Counted from the first letter of the stretch, positions 19,134-29,174 are shown. The stretch is 64,000 nucleotides of DNA from Candidatus Eiseniibacteriota bacterium (GCA_963717505.1 OY970342.1:2560001-2624000), one strand, 5' to 3'. Notes: a model not told the origin generated them from the sequence alone. A program made the numbers and translations.

Positions 19134-20609
19134 ATGACCGAACGACGACTCCGATTCCCACGCCTTCCGGGGATGGCCGGACTGGTCGCGTGCGTGCTGC
19201 TGTCGCTGGTCGCCGCGTGCGCGACCAATCCGGTGTCCGGCAAGCGCGAGTTCTCGCTGGTCAGCAGCGAACAGGAACTCCAGATGGGACGCGAGGGCCA
19301 TCCCGCGGTCCTCGCCGAGTACGGCGCCTACGACGATCCCGACCTCCAGGCGTACGTCGACAGCGTCGGCCAGTCGCTGGCCCGCGGGTCGCACCTGCCC
19401 AACCTCGAATGGCATTTCACGGTGCTCGACGATCCGGCGGTCAATGCATTCGCGCTGCCCGGAGGCTACATCTACATCACCCGCGGCATCCTCGCGCACC
19501 TGAACTCCGAAGCGCAGCTCGCGGGCGTGCTCGGCCACGAGATCGGACACGTCACGGCGCGGCACTCGGCACAGCGCGCGACCCAGCAGCAGCTCGCCGG
19601 ACTGGGCGTCGGCCTGGCCAGCATCTTCTCGCCGGAGTTCCAGCGATACAGCGGTGCTGCGCAGCAGGCGCTCGGACTCATGATCCTCAAGTACGGTCGC
19701 GACCAGGAAACCGAGGCCGACCGACTCGGCGTCGACTACTCCACCAAGGTAGGGTGGGATCCGCGCGAGATCCCGGCGACCTACCGCACCCTGCGCCGGG
19801 TTGGAGAGAGCAGCGGGCAGTCCCTGCCCACGTTCCTGTCGACGCATCCCGATCCGGGCGATCGTGAGGTCCGAACGCGCGAGCTGGCGAACGCTGCCGC
19901 CGCCGGGCGCACTGGGCTGGTCATCGGGCAGAAGACGTATCTGACGCGGCTCGACGGCGTGGTGTTCGGGATCGATCCGCGGGCCGGGTTCTTCGACGGC
20001 GCCCGGTTCTATCACCCGCAGCTCGACTTCGAACTGGAGTTCCCGGCGGGCTGGCAGACGCGGAACACACGCGCGGCGGTGCTGGCCGCGGCTCCGGACC
20101 AGCGTGCGATCCTTCAATTATCGCTGGTCGAGAGCGGCGGCAAGAGTCCGGAGGGTTACGTGCGTGCGCTCCAGTCGGAGGGCGACATCGTTTCGGCGCG
20201 CGGCGCCCCTGAATCGATTCACGGAGCACCGGCCTGGGTCGGCCGGCTGCTGATCCGGAACGAGGACGGCTCCGAGGGCACGATGGTCGCCGCCTACGTC
20301 CAGCGCGGCGAGCATCTGTTCCAGTTCCTCGGACGCACCGCGGTGGTCGGCGCCGAAGACGAAGCGAAAGTGGTGGCGACCGCCCGGTCGTTGCGCTCGA
20401 TCGTGGACCCGGCCCGGCGTGCCGCGCAGCCGGACGTCGTGGCACTGGTGCGGGCGCCCTCGGCCGGTGCGCTTGGAGACCTGTTGCCGCAACTGGGCCG
20501 GCTGGCGATCGAGCCCGAAGTGTGCGCGCGGATCAACGATCTCGAGCTCGACGAGACCGTGCTCAAGGGACAAACGATCAAGGTCGTGCGTCCGGGCGCC
20601 GGCCGATAG
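19134..20609 (+). CDS. M48 metalloprotease lipoprotein with C-terminal LysM-like region
   Basis: Lipobox VAAC; NAFALPGG, HEIGH, QETEAD, FLSTHP. Confidence 0.88.
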   Translation: MTERRLRFPRLPGMAGLVACVLLSLVAACATNPVSGKREFSLVSSEQELQMGREGHPAVLAEYGAYDDPDLQAYVDSVGQSLARGSHLPNLEWHFTVLDDPAVNAFALPGGYIYITRGILAHLNSEAQLAGVLGHEIGHVTARHSAQRATQQQLAGLGVGLASIFSPEFQRYSGAAQQALGLMILKYGRDQETEADRLGVDYSTKVGWDPREIPATYRTLRRVGESSGQSLPTFLSTHPDPGDREVRTRELANAAAAGRTGLVIGQKTYLTRLDGVVFGIDPRAGFFDGARFYHPQLDFELEFPAGWQTRNTRAAVLAAAPDQRAILQLSLVESGGKSPEGYVRALQSEGDIVSARGAPESIHGAPAWVGRLLIRNEDGSEGTMVAAYVQRGEHLFQFLGRTAVVGAEDEAKVVATARSLRSIVDPARRAAQPDVVALVRAPSAGALGDLLPQLGRLAIEPEVCARINDLELDETVLKGQTIKVVRPGAGR

Positions 20610-20628
20610 GCGCTGCCGCAGCACGCGG

Positions 20629-20658
20629 TTGACACGCCTCGGACGTGCCGCTTAGTGT
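20629..20658 (+). promoter_or_regulatory. Sigma70-type promoter of the act operon
   Basis: TTGACA-N18-TAGTGT just upstream of ATG 20677. Confidence 0.5.
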
Positions 20659-20676
20659 CCCGCGGGCCTTCGACCT

Positions 20677-21207
20677 ATGCGCCGACTATTCGTTCCCCTC
20701 ATCGTTCTCATTTCGCTCGCTGCCGGAACCGCCGCGTTCACGCAGTCGTTCCAGGTTTCCCTGGGACAGGCGCGCGGCCCCGTTCAGCCGATCGCGTTCA
20801 GCCACCGGATCCACGCGGGAACGCTGCAGATGGACTGTCTCTATTGCCACTATGCGGCGGGCAAGTCCCCATCGGCGAACATCCCGTCGGCCGAAACCTG
20901 CATGGGTTGCCACAAGGTGGCCTCGGTCGATCGGCCCGAGGTCCAGAAACTGGCGGCACTCCACGCCAAGGGCGAATCTCCGCAGTGGAACGAGGTCTAT
21001 CGCCTTCCCGATCACGTCAAGTTCAATCACGTGCGCCACGTCAAGGCGGGTGTCGCTTGCCAGACCTGCCACGGACCCGTGCAGGAGATGGATGTCGTCT
21101 ATCAGTACTCGTCGCTCAAGATGGGTTGGTGCATCGACTGTCACCGGAAGAACCTGAACCATCCAGAGTACCCGTCGTCCATGGACTGTCTGGTCTGTCA
21201 CCACTGA
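20677..21207 (+). CDS. actA: Pentaheme cytochrome c, alternative complex III subunit A
   Basis: Five CxxCH motifs (CLYCH, CMGCH, CQTCH, CIDCH, CLVCH); QPIAFSHRIH; N-terminal TM/signal. Confidence 0.88.
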   Translation: MRRLFVPLIVLISLAAGTAAFTQSFQVSLGQARGPVQPIAFSHRIHAGTLQMDCLYCHYAAGKSPSANIPSAETCMGCHKVASVDRPEVQKLAALHAKGESPQWNEVYRLPDHVKFNHVRHVKAGVACQTCHGPVQEMDVVYQYSSLKMGWCIDCHRKNLNHPEYPSSMDCLVCHH

Positions 21208-21240
21208 ACCCATCGACCCCATCGACCCCATGACCGCGAA

Positions 21241-24200
21241 ATGACCGAATCGAACGGCCTGCAACGCCGCGACTTCCTGAAGTTGGTCGGCCTCGGCGCG
21301 ATTGGCGCCGCCGGCTGCGCCCAGCCTTCCGACAAGCTGATTCCGTATCTCGTACCGCCGCGCGACATCGTTCCGGGGATCGGCTACTGGTACGCGAGCA
21401 CCTGCCGTGAGTGTCCGGCCGGGTGTGGAATCTTGGTCAAAGCCCGCGAGGGGCGCGCGATCAAGATCGAGGGCAACCCGGAGCACCCGGTGAGCCGCGG
21501 CGGCGTCTGTGCCCGCGGTCACGCGGGGCTCCAGGCGCTCTACGATCCGGACCGCCTGCGCAGCCCGATGCGGAAAGAGGGCGGCGCCTGGAAACCCACG
21601 ACCTGGGACGAGGCGCTGGCGCTCGCCGCCGGCCGGTTGAAGGCAGCACGCGCCGAAGGCAAGCAAATCGCCCTGATCACCGAGAACGCTACGGGCTCGT
21701 TCGAGACGCTGGCCCGCGAGTGGGCCCGGGCGGCGGGTGGCTCGCACCTGGTCTACGAGCCGTTCAGTTTCCATCCGATCCGCGAGGCCAACCGCCGCAC
21801 GTTCGGGCAGGCGGTGATTCCGAACTTCGACCTGACTCGCGCGCACGGTCTCATGACCTTCGGCGCGGACTTCCTCGAGACCTGGCTCAATCCGGTCGGA
21901 TTCGCCCGGGACTTCGCCGACATGCGCGCGCATCGCGATCGCTGGTTCGTCGCCGCCGAGTCTCGACTGTCTTTGACCGCGGCCAACGCCGATCAGTGGA
22001 TCGCGCTCAGACCGGGCGGCGAGATGTCCCTGGCGCTGGCGATGGCGCACGTGATCCTGGCCGAGGGTATCGGCGCGCCGGTGTCCGAGCGCGGCGCCCT
22101 GATCGAGGCCGTGCGTCCGTTCGCGCCCGAGGCGGTGACCGAGGCCACCGATGTCGACGCCGACACGATTCGCGAACTCGCGCGCCGCTTTGCGCGGTCG
22201 AGCCCGAGTCTGGCCCTGGCCGGGGGTGTGGCGGCGCAAAGCGAGCAGGCGGTGGCCACGGTGTCCGCCGTCAATCTCCTGAACTACGTTGCCGGCAACG
22301 TCGGCCACACCGTGCGCTTCGATCGCACGGCCAACTACGACGCGGTGGCCTCGATGTCGGAGCTCCAGGCGATGGGAACCAGCATGTCGGGCGGCACGGT
22401 CGGCGTGCTGGTCGTCCATGGCGCCAATCCGGTGTACGCGGTGCCGAGCTGGGCTGGCTTCACCGCCGCGATGGATTCGGTTCCGTTCAAGATCTCGCTG
22501 TCCTCGGTCCTCGACGAGACCGCGGAACACTGCGACTTGATCCTTCCCGACCTGCACGCGCTCGAGTCGCTGGGCGACGCCAACCCGGCGCGCGGCGTCC
22601 ACACCCTCGTCCAGCCGACCATGAAACCGCTGCCGATGTTCGACGCGCGACCGGCCGGCGACACGCTGATCGCACTCGCCCGTCAGGCGGGCTTCGGAGA
22701 ATTGGCGCCGAGCTGGACGGAGTACCTGAAGGCGCGCTGGCGCACCGAGCACGCGGATTCCGGCAGCCGGGAATCCTTCGACGCGTTCTGGGACGGAGCG
22801 CTCGCCCGCGGCGGCATGTGGTCCGAGCCCGCCGGGACGCAGCCTCGCTGGCAGGGTGCCCCGACGTTCGCGGCACCCGCCCTGCGCGGCGTCGGGGACC
22901 TGGCACTCATCCTCTATCCGTCGATGTCGATGTTCGACGGGCGCGGCGCCAACAAGGGCTGGCTCCAGGAGATGCCCGACGTCACCACCAAGGCGGTGTG
23001 GGGCTCTTGGGTCGAGATTCATCCCGAGACCGCCCAGTCTCTGGGGGTCGGCACCGGCGATGCCGTGACCGTGACCACCGACGCCGGAAGCGTGACGGTG
23101 CCCGCCTACCTCTACCAGGGCATGCGCAAGGACGCGATCGCCATGCCGCTCGGCCAAGGGCATACGGCACTCGGACGTCTGGCGAAGGGACGCGGCGTCA
23201 ACGCGGTCGGCCTGCTCACCCCGGTCGACGATGCCGGTTCCGGCGCGGTCGCCTACCTGAGCACCAAGGCGCGCCTGAGCCGCGCCACGGAGCCGGTCCA
23301 ATTGGTGCGGACCCAGCGCCACATGGAAATTCACAATCGCGAAATCGCCGACGTCGTGCCGCTTTCGGCGTTGCTCGGCGCCGCTGCGGTCGAGCACGGC
23401 GCGGGCGCGGCCGCCGCCGGTCACTCGGCCGAGGCCAGCGCGGGGCACGGAGGCGCCGCGGGGGGACACGGGGCTTCGGGGGGCGGCTTCCTCGGCCACA
23501 CGCCGGCGCCCGGAAGCCTGATGCTCCACCAGATCCAGTCCAAGCCCGGGCGCTACACCGAGCCGCGAATCCGGGCCGAAGGCGAGAAGACTCCGGCCCA
23601 CGCGGTCAGTGCCTATGAGCCCAAACACGTCGTTCGCTCGCCGCGCCAGATTCCGGTCGACCAGGGCAGCTACGCCAACGCCAAGCATCGTTGGGCGATG
23701 GCCATCGATCTCGACCGCTGCAACGGCTGTAGTGCCTGCGTCGCCGCGTGCAATGCCGAGAACAACATCCCGATCATCGGCCCGGAACACATCAAGCGTG
23801 GTCGCGAAATGACGTGGATCCGCATCGAGCGCTTCGAGGAGAAGATCCAGCCGGGTGGCGCGCACGACGTCCGCTTCCTGCCGATGATGTGCCAGCACTG
23901 CGGCGATGCGCCGTGCGAGACCGTGTGTCCCGTCTACGCGACGTATCACAACCCGGAAGGCCTCAACGCCCAGGTCTACAACCGGTGCGTCGGCACCCGC
24001 TACTGCTCGAACAACTGCCCGTACAAGGTCCGCGCCTTCAACTTCTTCGACTACGCCGCCCCCGAGAAGCCGACCTTCGCGTTCGCCGAGCCGCTCAACT
24101 GGCAGTTGAACCCGGATGTCACGGTCCGCAACAAGGGCGTGATGGAGAAGTGCACGATGTGCGTCCAGCGGATTCTCGAGGGCAAGGGCAAGGCCAAGGA

Positions 24201-24408
24201 CGAAAGTCGCGACGTGCGCGACGGCGAGATCAACACCGCGTGCGCCCAGTCCTGCCCGACCCAGGCGATCGTGTTCGGTGACCTGATGGACCCGGAGAGC
24301 GCGGTGTCGAAGGCGTCGAGCGACGGCCGCCGGTATTGGGTGCTCGGCGAGCTCAACACCAAGCCGGGCGTGACCTACCTCAAGAAGATCCAGCGGGACA
24401 CGGTATGA
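21241..24408 (+). CDS. actB: Alternative complex III subunit B (molybdopterin-oxidoreductase-like domain + Fe-S domain)
   Basis: Tat signal RRDFLK and lipobox AAGC; C-terminal CNGCSACVAAC, CQHC...PCETVCP, CVGTRYCSNNCP, KCTMC. Confidence 0.9.
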   Translation: MTESNGLQRRDFLKLVGLGAIGAAGCAQPSDKLIPYLVPPRDIVPGIGYWYASTCRECPAGCGILVKAREGRAIKIEGNPEHPVSRGGVCARGHAGLQALYDPDRLRSPMRKEGGAWKPTTWDEALALAAGRLKAARAEGKQIALITENATGSFETLAREWARAAGGSHLVYEPFSFHPIREANRRTFGQAVIPNFDLTRAHGLMTFGADFLETWLNPVGFARDFADMRAHRDRWFVAAESRLSLTAANADQWIALRPGGEMSLALAMAHVILAEGIGAPVSERGALIEAVRPFAPEAVTEATDVDADTIRELARRFARSSPSLALAGGVAAQSEQAVATVSAVNLLNYVAGNVGHTVRFDRTANYDAVASMSELQAMGTSMSGGTVGVLVVHGANPVYAVPSWAGFTAAMDSVPFKISLSSVLDETAEHCDLILPDLHALESLGDANPARGVHTLVQPTMKPLPMFDARPAGDTLIALARQAGFGELAPSWTEYLKARWRTEHADSGSRESFDAFWDGALARGGMWSEPAGTQPRWQGAPTFAAPALRGVGDLALILYPSMSMFDGRGANKGWLQEMPDVTTKAVWGSWVEIHPETAQSLGVGTGDAVTVTTDAGSVTVPAYLYQGMRKDAIAMPLGQGHTALGRLAKGRGVNAVGLLTPVDDAGSGAVAYLSTKARLSRATEPVQLVRTQRHMEIHNREIADVVPLSALLGAAAVEHGAGAAAAGHSAEASAGHGGAAGGHGASGGGFLGHTPAPGSLMLHQIQSKPGRYTEPRIRAEGEKTPAHAVSAYEPKHVVRSPRQIPVDQGSYANAKHRWAMAIDLDRCNGCSACVAACNAENNIPIIGPEHIKRGREMTWIRIERFEEKIQPGGAHDVRFLPMMCQHCGDAPCETVCPVYATYHNPEGLNAQVYNRCVGTRYCSNNCPYKVRAFNFFDYAAPEKPTFAFAEPLNWQLNPDVTVRNKGVMEKCTMCVQRILEGKGKAKDESRDVRDGEINTACAQSCPTQAIVFGDLMDPESAVSKASSDGRRYWVLGELNTKPGVTYLKKIQRDTV

Positions 24409-25784
24409 GCCTGGTCGTCGAAGAGGTGACTACGACTCCGCCGCCCTCGCCGAGACCGGCCGCCGGCATGACGCAGAAGTCGGTCAACGACGACGTGCTG
24501 CGCCTGATGAGCAAGCCGGGGCGGATCTGGTGGACGATCTTCCTGATCGACCTGGCGATCCTGACAACCGGCTTGATCGCGGAGCGCAACCAGATCGTCT
24601 ACGGCGTCGGCGTCGCCGGGCACACGCGGCCGGTGATGTGGGCCTCGTACGTCGCCAACTTCGTGTTCTGGGTCGGCATCGCCCACTGCGGCACGCTGGT
24701 CTCCGCGATCCTGTTCCTGTTCCGTTCCCACTTCCGGCGCGCCGTGTATCGGGTCGCCGAAGCCATGACCGTGTTCGGCGTGTTGACCGCCGGCTTGTTC
24801 CCGATCCTGCATCTCGGCCGGCCGTGGTTCATGTACTGGCTGTTCCCGTACCCCAACCAGCGCCAGCTGTGGCCGAACTTCCGCTCGCCGCTGGAATGGG
24901 ACGTGTTCGCGGTGACCACCTACCTGACGGTGTCGAGCATCTTCTTCCTGGTCGGCATCATTCCCGACGCCGCGGTGGCGCGCGATCGCGCGAAGAACGC
25001 GATCATGAAGCTGATCTACACCGTGTTCTCGTTCGGCTGGACCGGGTCGAACAACCAGTGGAAGCACTTCTACGGCGCCTACCTCTACTTCGCCGCCCTG
25101 GCCACACCGCTGGTGCTCTCGGTGCACAGCGTTGTGTCGTGGGACTTCGCGATGTCGCAGGTGCCGGGCTGGCACAGCACCATCTTCGCGCCCTACTTCG
25201 TCGCCGGCGCGATCTTCTCGGGCGTCGCGATGGTCATCAATCTGCTGATTCCGATCCGTTCGGCGTTCAAGCTCGAGCACATCGTGACCCTCGATCACAT
25301 GGAGAAGCTGTCCAAGCTGGTCCTGCTGACCTCGACCATCGTCGCCTACTCGTACCTGTCGGAGTTCTTCTGCGCGTGGTACGGGCCGAGCTCGACCGAG
25401 CGCGACCTGTTCTGGTGGCGCGCCACCGGCCACTTCGCCTGGGCGTTCTGGATCATGTTCAGCTGCAACGTGCTCATTCCGCTGGCGCTGTGGTTCAAAC
25501 CGATCCGCCGCAACATGGCGGTGCTGTTCGTCCTGTGCCTGTTCGTGAACGTCGGCATGTACTTCGAGCGGTTCGTGATCATCGTCACGTCGCTGGCGCA
25601 CCCGTTCAACCCGAGCACCTGGGACATCAACTACCGCTTCTCCTGGACCGAGGCGGCGATCCTGGCCGGCTCGTTCGCCTGGTTCTTCATGTTCTTCCTG
25701 ATCTTCGTGCGGCTCCTGCCGGCGATCTCGATCGCCGAGATCAAAGAGACCCTGGCTCCGCCGATGCGGAGGAAGCACGGATGA
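24405..25784 (+). CDS. actC: NrfD/PsrC-family quinol-binding membrane subunit
   Basis: NFVFWVGIAHCGTLVSAIL, HLGRPW, NFRSPLEWDVFAV, LSVHSVVSWDFA, PGWHSTIFAPYFVAGAIFSG. Confidence 0.92.
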   Translation: MSLVVEEVTTTPPPSPRPAAGMTQKSVNDDVLRLMSKPGRIWWTIFLIDLAILTTGLIAERNQIVYGVGVAGHTRPVMWASYVANFVFWVGIAHCGTLVSAILFLFRSHFRRAVYRVAEAMTVFGVLTAGLFPILHLGRPWFMYWLFPYPNQRQLWPNFRSPLEWDVFAVTTYLTVSSIFFLVGIIPDAAVARDRAKNAIMKLIYTVFSFGWTGSNNQWKHFYGAYLYFAALATPLVLSVHSVVSWDFAMSQVPGWHSTIFAPYFVAGAIFSGVAMVINLLIPIRSAFKLEHIVTLDHMEKLSKLVLLTSTIVAYSYLSEFFCAWYGPSSTERDLFWWRATGHFAWAFWIMFSCNVLIPLALWFKPIRRNMAVLFVLCLFVNVGMYFERFVIIVTSLAHPFNPSTWDINYRFSWTEAAILAGSFAWFFMFFLIFVRLLPAISIAEIKETLAPPMRRKHG

Positions 25785-26329
25785 TCACGAAGATCCTGGA
25801 GAAGCTGCTGGCCGGTCCGCCGGTGAAGTACCGCGGCGTGATGGGGATCTTCTACTACGTCGACGACGCCGCCAGCACCGTGGGCATGTTGCGGCAGCAG
25901 GGGCACGCGGGCTTGAGCGTGTTCTCGCCGGTGCCGCACCACGACATCGAGCGGGCGCTCGGGCAGGGCCCGTCGCTGGTGCGCTGGGTCACGTTCACCG
26001 GCGGCCTGCTCGGCATCACCGGTGGTTTCGCCCTGTGCATCTACGCGGCCTATTCCTACCCCCTGGTGGTCGGGGGCAAGGAGCTGGTGTCGATCCCGCC
26101 CTTCGTCATCATCGGCTACGAGTCGATGATCTTGCTCGCCGGGCTCTCGAACCTGATCGGGATGTTGGCGCTCGGGCGACTGCCGCAGACCCGGTCGACC
26201 GCGCCCTACGATCCGCGCTTCAGCGAGGATCGGATCGGCATCTGGGTTCCGTGCGACGGGGATCGGGCCAAGCAGGTCGAGCAGCTGATGCGCGGACACG
26301 GCGCCGAGGAGGTGCAGGTCCATGGTTAA
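25781..26329 (+). CDS. actD: Alternative complex III subunit D (DUF3341-like)
   Basis: FSPVP, two TM helices, VGGK...PPFVIIGYE, YDPRFSED; ATGA coupling. Confidence 0.85.
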   Translation: MITKILEKLLAGPPVKYRGVMGIFYYVDDAASTVGMLRQQGHAGLSVFSPVPHHDIERALGQGPSLVRWVTFTGGLLGITGGFALCIYAAYSYPLVVGGKELVSIPPFVIIGYESMILLAGLSNLIGMLALGRLPQTRSTAPYDPRFSEDRIGIWVPCDGDRAKQVEQLMRGHGAEEVQVHG

Positions 26330-26876
26330 GCCGCTGCTCGGCGTGGTCTTGATGTCGATCGCGACCATGATGGCGCCGACCAGTCCGTCGACCGGGTGCC
26401 AGCGCGCGGTCAAGGCGCACACCGACCTCGCCTATCCCAAGAACCGCGACATGCGCACCAGCATCGCCCTGCTGTCCCAGCGCGGCTGGTATCGCGCGCC
26501 CGACAGCGCGAGCGTGCCGGTGGGCGGACGCGAGGTGATGGGCGATGCCGCGACCTTCGACGCCTCGTGGACGAATCCGCAGGCGCGAGACGCCGCCTCG
26601 ATCGAGCGGGGTGCGGCCGGTTACGTGCGCGTGTGCACGCCTTGTCACGGCGTCGCGCTCGACGGCAACGGCCCGGTGTGGCAGTCGAAGAAGTTCCTGG
26701 TGCCGATTCCGAACCTGATGCTGGCCACGACGCGCAACCGCACCGATGGCTTCATGTACCGCTACATTCGATTCGGGGGCGCGATCATGCCGAGCTACGG
26801 CGCGCAGGTGTCCCGCGAGGAAGCCTGCGACATCGTCAACTACGTCCGGGACCAGCAGGAGAAGAACCCGCAATGA
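26322..26876 (+). CDS. actE: Monoheme cytochrome c, alternative complex III subunit E
   Basis: Single CTPCH, IMPSYG axial Met, operon position. Confidence 0.82.
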   Translation: MVKPLLGVVLMSIATMMAPTSPSTGCQRAVKAHTDLAYPKNRDMRTSIALLSQRGWYRAPDSASVPVGGREVMGDAATFDASWTNPQARDAASIERGAAGYVRVCTPCHGVALDGNGPVWQSKKFLVPIPNLMLATTRNRTDGFMYRYIRFGGAIMPSYGAQVSREEACDIVNYVRDQQEKNPQ

Positions 26877-28150
26877 GCCACGCCGCGACGACCGTGAACC
26901 GCGACGAGGTGTTGCGTGACCTTGCGTCCAAGCTGCCGGGGACGCCCAACGTGCGGAAGCGGCAGATCTGGATCGCCTGCATGGCGCTGGGCGTCACCAC
27001 ATTCGCGTGGCTGTTGTTCACCCAGCCGCAGCGGGCGTGGGGTGCCTACGCGATCAACATGCTCTACTGGCTAGGCGTGGCGCAGGGTGCCGTGATCCTG
27101 GCGTGCGCGATCCGCCTGGCGAACGGCCGGTGGGCGGCGCCGATCCTGCGCATCGCCGAGTCGCTTTCGGCCTACCTGCCGTTCGGTTACGCCACGGTCG
27201 TGGTCATGCTGGTCGCCGGCATCTGGACCTATCTGCCGTGGGTGCAGGAAGTCGAGCCGCGCCAGGCGCCCTATCTCAACGTGCCGTTCCTCTACGCACG
27301 CACGCTGGCCGGGCTCGGACTCCTGTGGTGGCTGTCGCGCGACCTGGTGCGCACCTCGCTGCGCGCCGACGCGCACCTGCTCAAGGATCATGTGACTCCG
27401 GCGCTCAAACCGGCCTATGAAAAGCTGGCCGAGAACTGGCGCGGCGACGAGGCCGAGGCCATGTGGGCGCGCGACCGCCTGGCGATGCGCGCACCGCAGG
27501 TCGTGCTGTGCTACGCGGTGGTGTTCACGTTCATGACCTGGGACTGGGTCATGTCCCTGACCCCCGACTGGGTCAGTCAGATCTTCGGCTGGTGGTTCTT
27601 CATGGGTGCGTTCCTCACCGGCATCGCGATGACTGCGTTCGTCGCCACTCAACTGCGCACCAAGTACCGGCTCGAGGACTACATCACTCCGAACCACTTC
27701 TGGGATACGGGCAAGATCATGTTCGGCATCAGCATCTTCTGGGTCTACCAGTTCTGGTCGCAGTACCTGCCGATCTGGTACGCGAACCTGCCCGAGGAGA
27801 CCTGGTGGGTGTTCCTGCGCTTCGAGGAGCCGTGGCGACCGCTGGCGTTCACCGTGTTCACGTTCGTGTTCCTGCTGCCGTTCCTCGGCCTGATGAACAT
27901 GTACACCAAGAAGAGCCCGTTCTGGCTCGCCCTGTTCAGCCTGATCGTCCTGTCGGGCATGTGGATGGAGCGGCACATCCTGGTGATGCCGTCGCTGAAT
28001 CCAGCCGAGGTCTGGGTCGGATTGCCCGAGGTCGGCGTGACGCTCGGTTTCCTCGGGCTGTTCGGCTGGGCGGTGCAGAGCTTCGTCACCAAGTTTCCGG
28101 TGGTCAAGGTGACCGACGTCTTAGCCGGCCCCGGGGGGCACGGGCACTAG
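26873..28150 (+). CDS. actF: Alternative complex III membrane subunit F
   Basis: Multi-TM; WDWVMSLTPDWVSQIFG, DTGKIMFG, FSQ-like WSQYLPIWYANLPEET. Confidence 0.88.
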   Translation: MSHAATTVNRDEVLRDLASKLPGTPNVRKRQIWIACMALGVTTFAWLLFTQPQRAWGAYAINMLYWLGVAQGAVILACAIRLANGRWAAPILRIAESLSAYLPFGYATVVVMLVAGIWTYLPWVQEVEPRQAPYLNVPFLYARTLAGLGLLWWLSRDLVRTSLRADAHLLKDHVTPALKPAYEKLAENWRGDEAEAMWARDRLAMRAPQVVLCYAVVFTFMTWDWVMSLTPDWVSQIFGWWFFMGAFLTGIAMTAFVATQLRTKYRLEDYITPNHFWDTGKIMFGISIFWVYQFWSQYLPIWYANLPEETWWVFLRFEEPWRPLAFTVFTFVFLLPFLGLMNMYTKKSPFWLALFSLIVLSGMWMERHILVMPSLNPAEVWVGLPEVGVTLGFLGLFGWAVQSFVTKFPVVKVTDVLAGPGGHGH

Positions 28151-28172
28151 CTGAAAGGCTTCGCGAATCCAG

Positions 28173-28212
28173 CGCCCGGACCGCCCCGCAGGCTCCGGGC
28201 GGGTTTTTTTTT
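28173..28212 (+). terminator. Rho-independent terminator of the act operon
   Basis: cgcccgga...tccgggcg stem followed by a run of T's. Confidence 0.8.
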
Positions 28213-28246
28213 GGGTGCCGATTCGTGGAGATGAACTCGAAGTATT

Positions 28247-28329
28247 GCCGGGATGGCGGAATGGTAGACGCAACGCACTTAAAATGCGTTGGGCGAAAGC
28301 CCGTGCAGGTTCGATCCCTGCTCCCGGCA
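28247..28329 (+). tRNA. tRNA-Leu(TAA)
   Basis: GCCGGGA/TCCCGGC acceptor stem, D-loop TGGCGGAATGGTAGAC, anticodon arm ACGCA-CTTAAAA-TGCGT, long variable arm GGGCGAAAGCCC, GGTTCGATCC; CCA not encoded. Confidence 0.95.
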
Positions 28330-28356
28330 TGTCTGCTTTGATATCGTGCGTGCCGC

Positions 28357-29058
28357 ATGCGCATCGCCGACACTAACTGGATGCAGGTCGAGCGGCTGCT
28401 CGCTCACGAAGACCGCGCGGTGCTGCCGCTCGGCTGCACCGAGCAGCACGCCTGGCTGAGCCTCGCGACTGATAGCATCCTCGCCGAGCGGGTCGCGGCC
28501 GAGGCGGCGGAGCCGCTCGGCGTGCCGGTGTTCCCGGTCATCGGATACGGCATCACGCCCAACTTCACTGCGTACCCCGGGACCGTCTCACTGCGCGTCG
28601 AAACTCTGATCGCCATCGTGCGTGACGTGCTCGACGGACTCGCGGGACAGGGATTCCGCCGGATCGTGGTGGTCAACGGTCACGGCGGCAACGCTCCGGT
28701 CCGCGGATTCGTGCACGAGTGGCTGGCGGCGCACGCGGGGACGCAGGTCAAGTTCTTCGACTGGTGGAACGCGCCGCAGGTGTGGGCCAAGGTTCAGGAG
28801 ATCGACCCGATCGCATCGCACGCGTCCTGGATGGAAAACTTCCCCTGGACGCGGATCGCGGGGGAGAGCCCACCCGATGTCGCGAAGCCGCCGGTCGACT
28901 ATCCGGCCTGGACCCACCTGGGTCCGCGCGCCGTCCGCGAGCGTCTGGGGGACGGCAACTTCGCGGGTCGCTACCAGCGCTCCGACGCCGAAATGCAGGC
29001 GATCTGGAGAGTGGCCGTGGCCGAGACGCGCGACGTCATCGCCGGTGGCTGGGCCTGA
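28357..29058 (+). CDS. Creatininase family amidohydrolase
   Basis: LPLGCTEQH, LATD, VNGHGGN, HASWME. Confidence 0.88.
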   Translation: MRIADTNWMQVERLLAHEDRAVLPLGCTEQHAWLSLATDSILAERVAAEAAEPLGVPVFPVIGYGITPNFTAYPGTVSLRVETLIAIVRDVLDGLAGQGFRRIVVVNGHGGNAPVRGFVHEWLAAHAGTQVKFFDWWNAPQVWAKVQEIDPIASHASWMENFPWTRIAGESPPDVAKPPVDYPAWTHLGPRAVRERLGDGNFAGRYQRSDAEMQAIWRVAVAETRDVIAGGWA

Positions 29059-29174
29059 AGGCCGGGGCATGAAAATAACCGGCTCCCCGACCCGAAGATC
29101 GAGGAACCGGCGGGTGCGGCCCCGAATTACTTCTACTCGAGACGGGACTCGGAGCACACCGGTCGATCTAACGT

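Noticed and set aside
21208-21235. Short tandem repeat (ccccatcga-like, ~2.5 copies) between actA and actB
   Set aside because: Too short with no spacers; not a CRISPR or a meaningful VNTR.
20686-23949. Long antisense/alternate-frame ORFs (e.g. 1087 aa opposite actAB, and many similar)
   Set aside because: Shadow ORFs expected from high GC3 codon bias; Arg/Ala/Gly-rich with no motifs, and they overlap well-supported genes.
28247-28329. bldA-like regulation by rare TTA codons
   Set aside because: TTA codons occur in unrelated genes (e.g. 20118, 28121, 37319, 45673) with no functional pattern; not supportable from one window.
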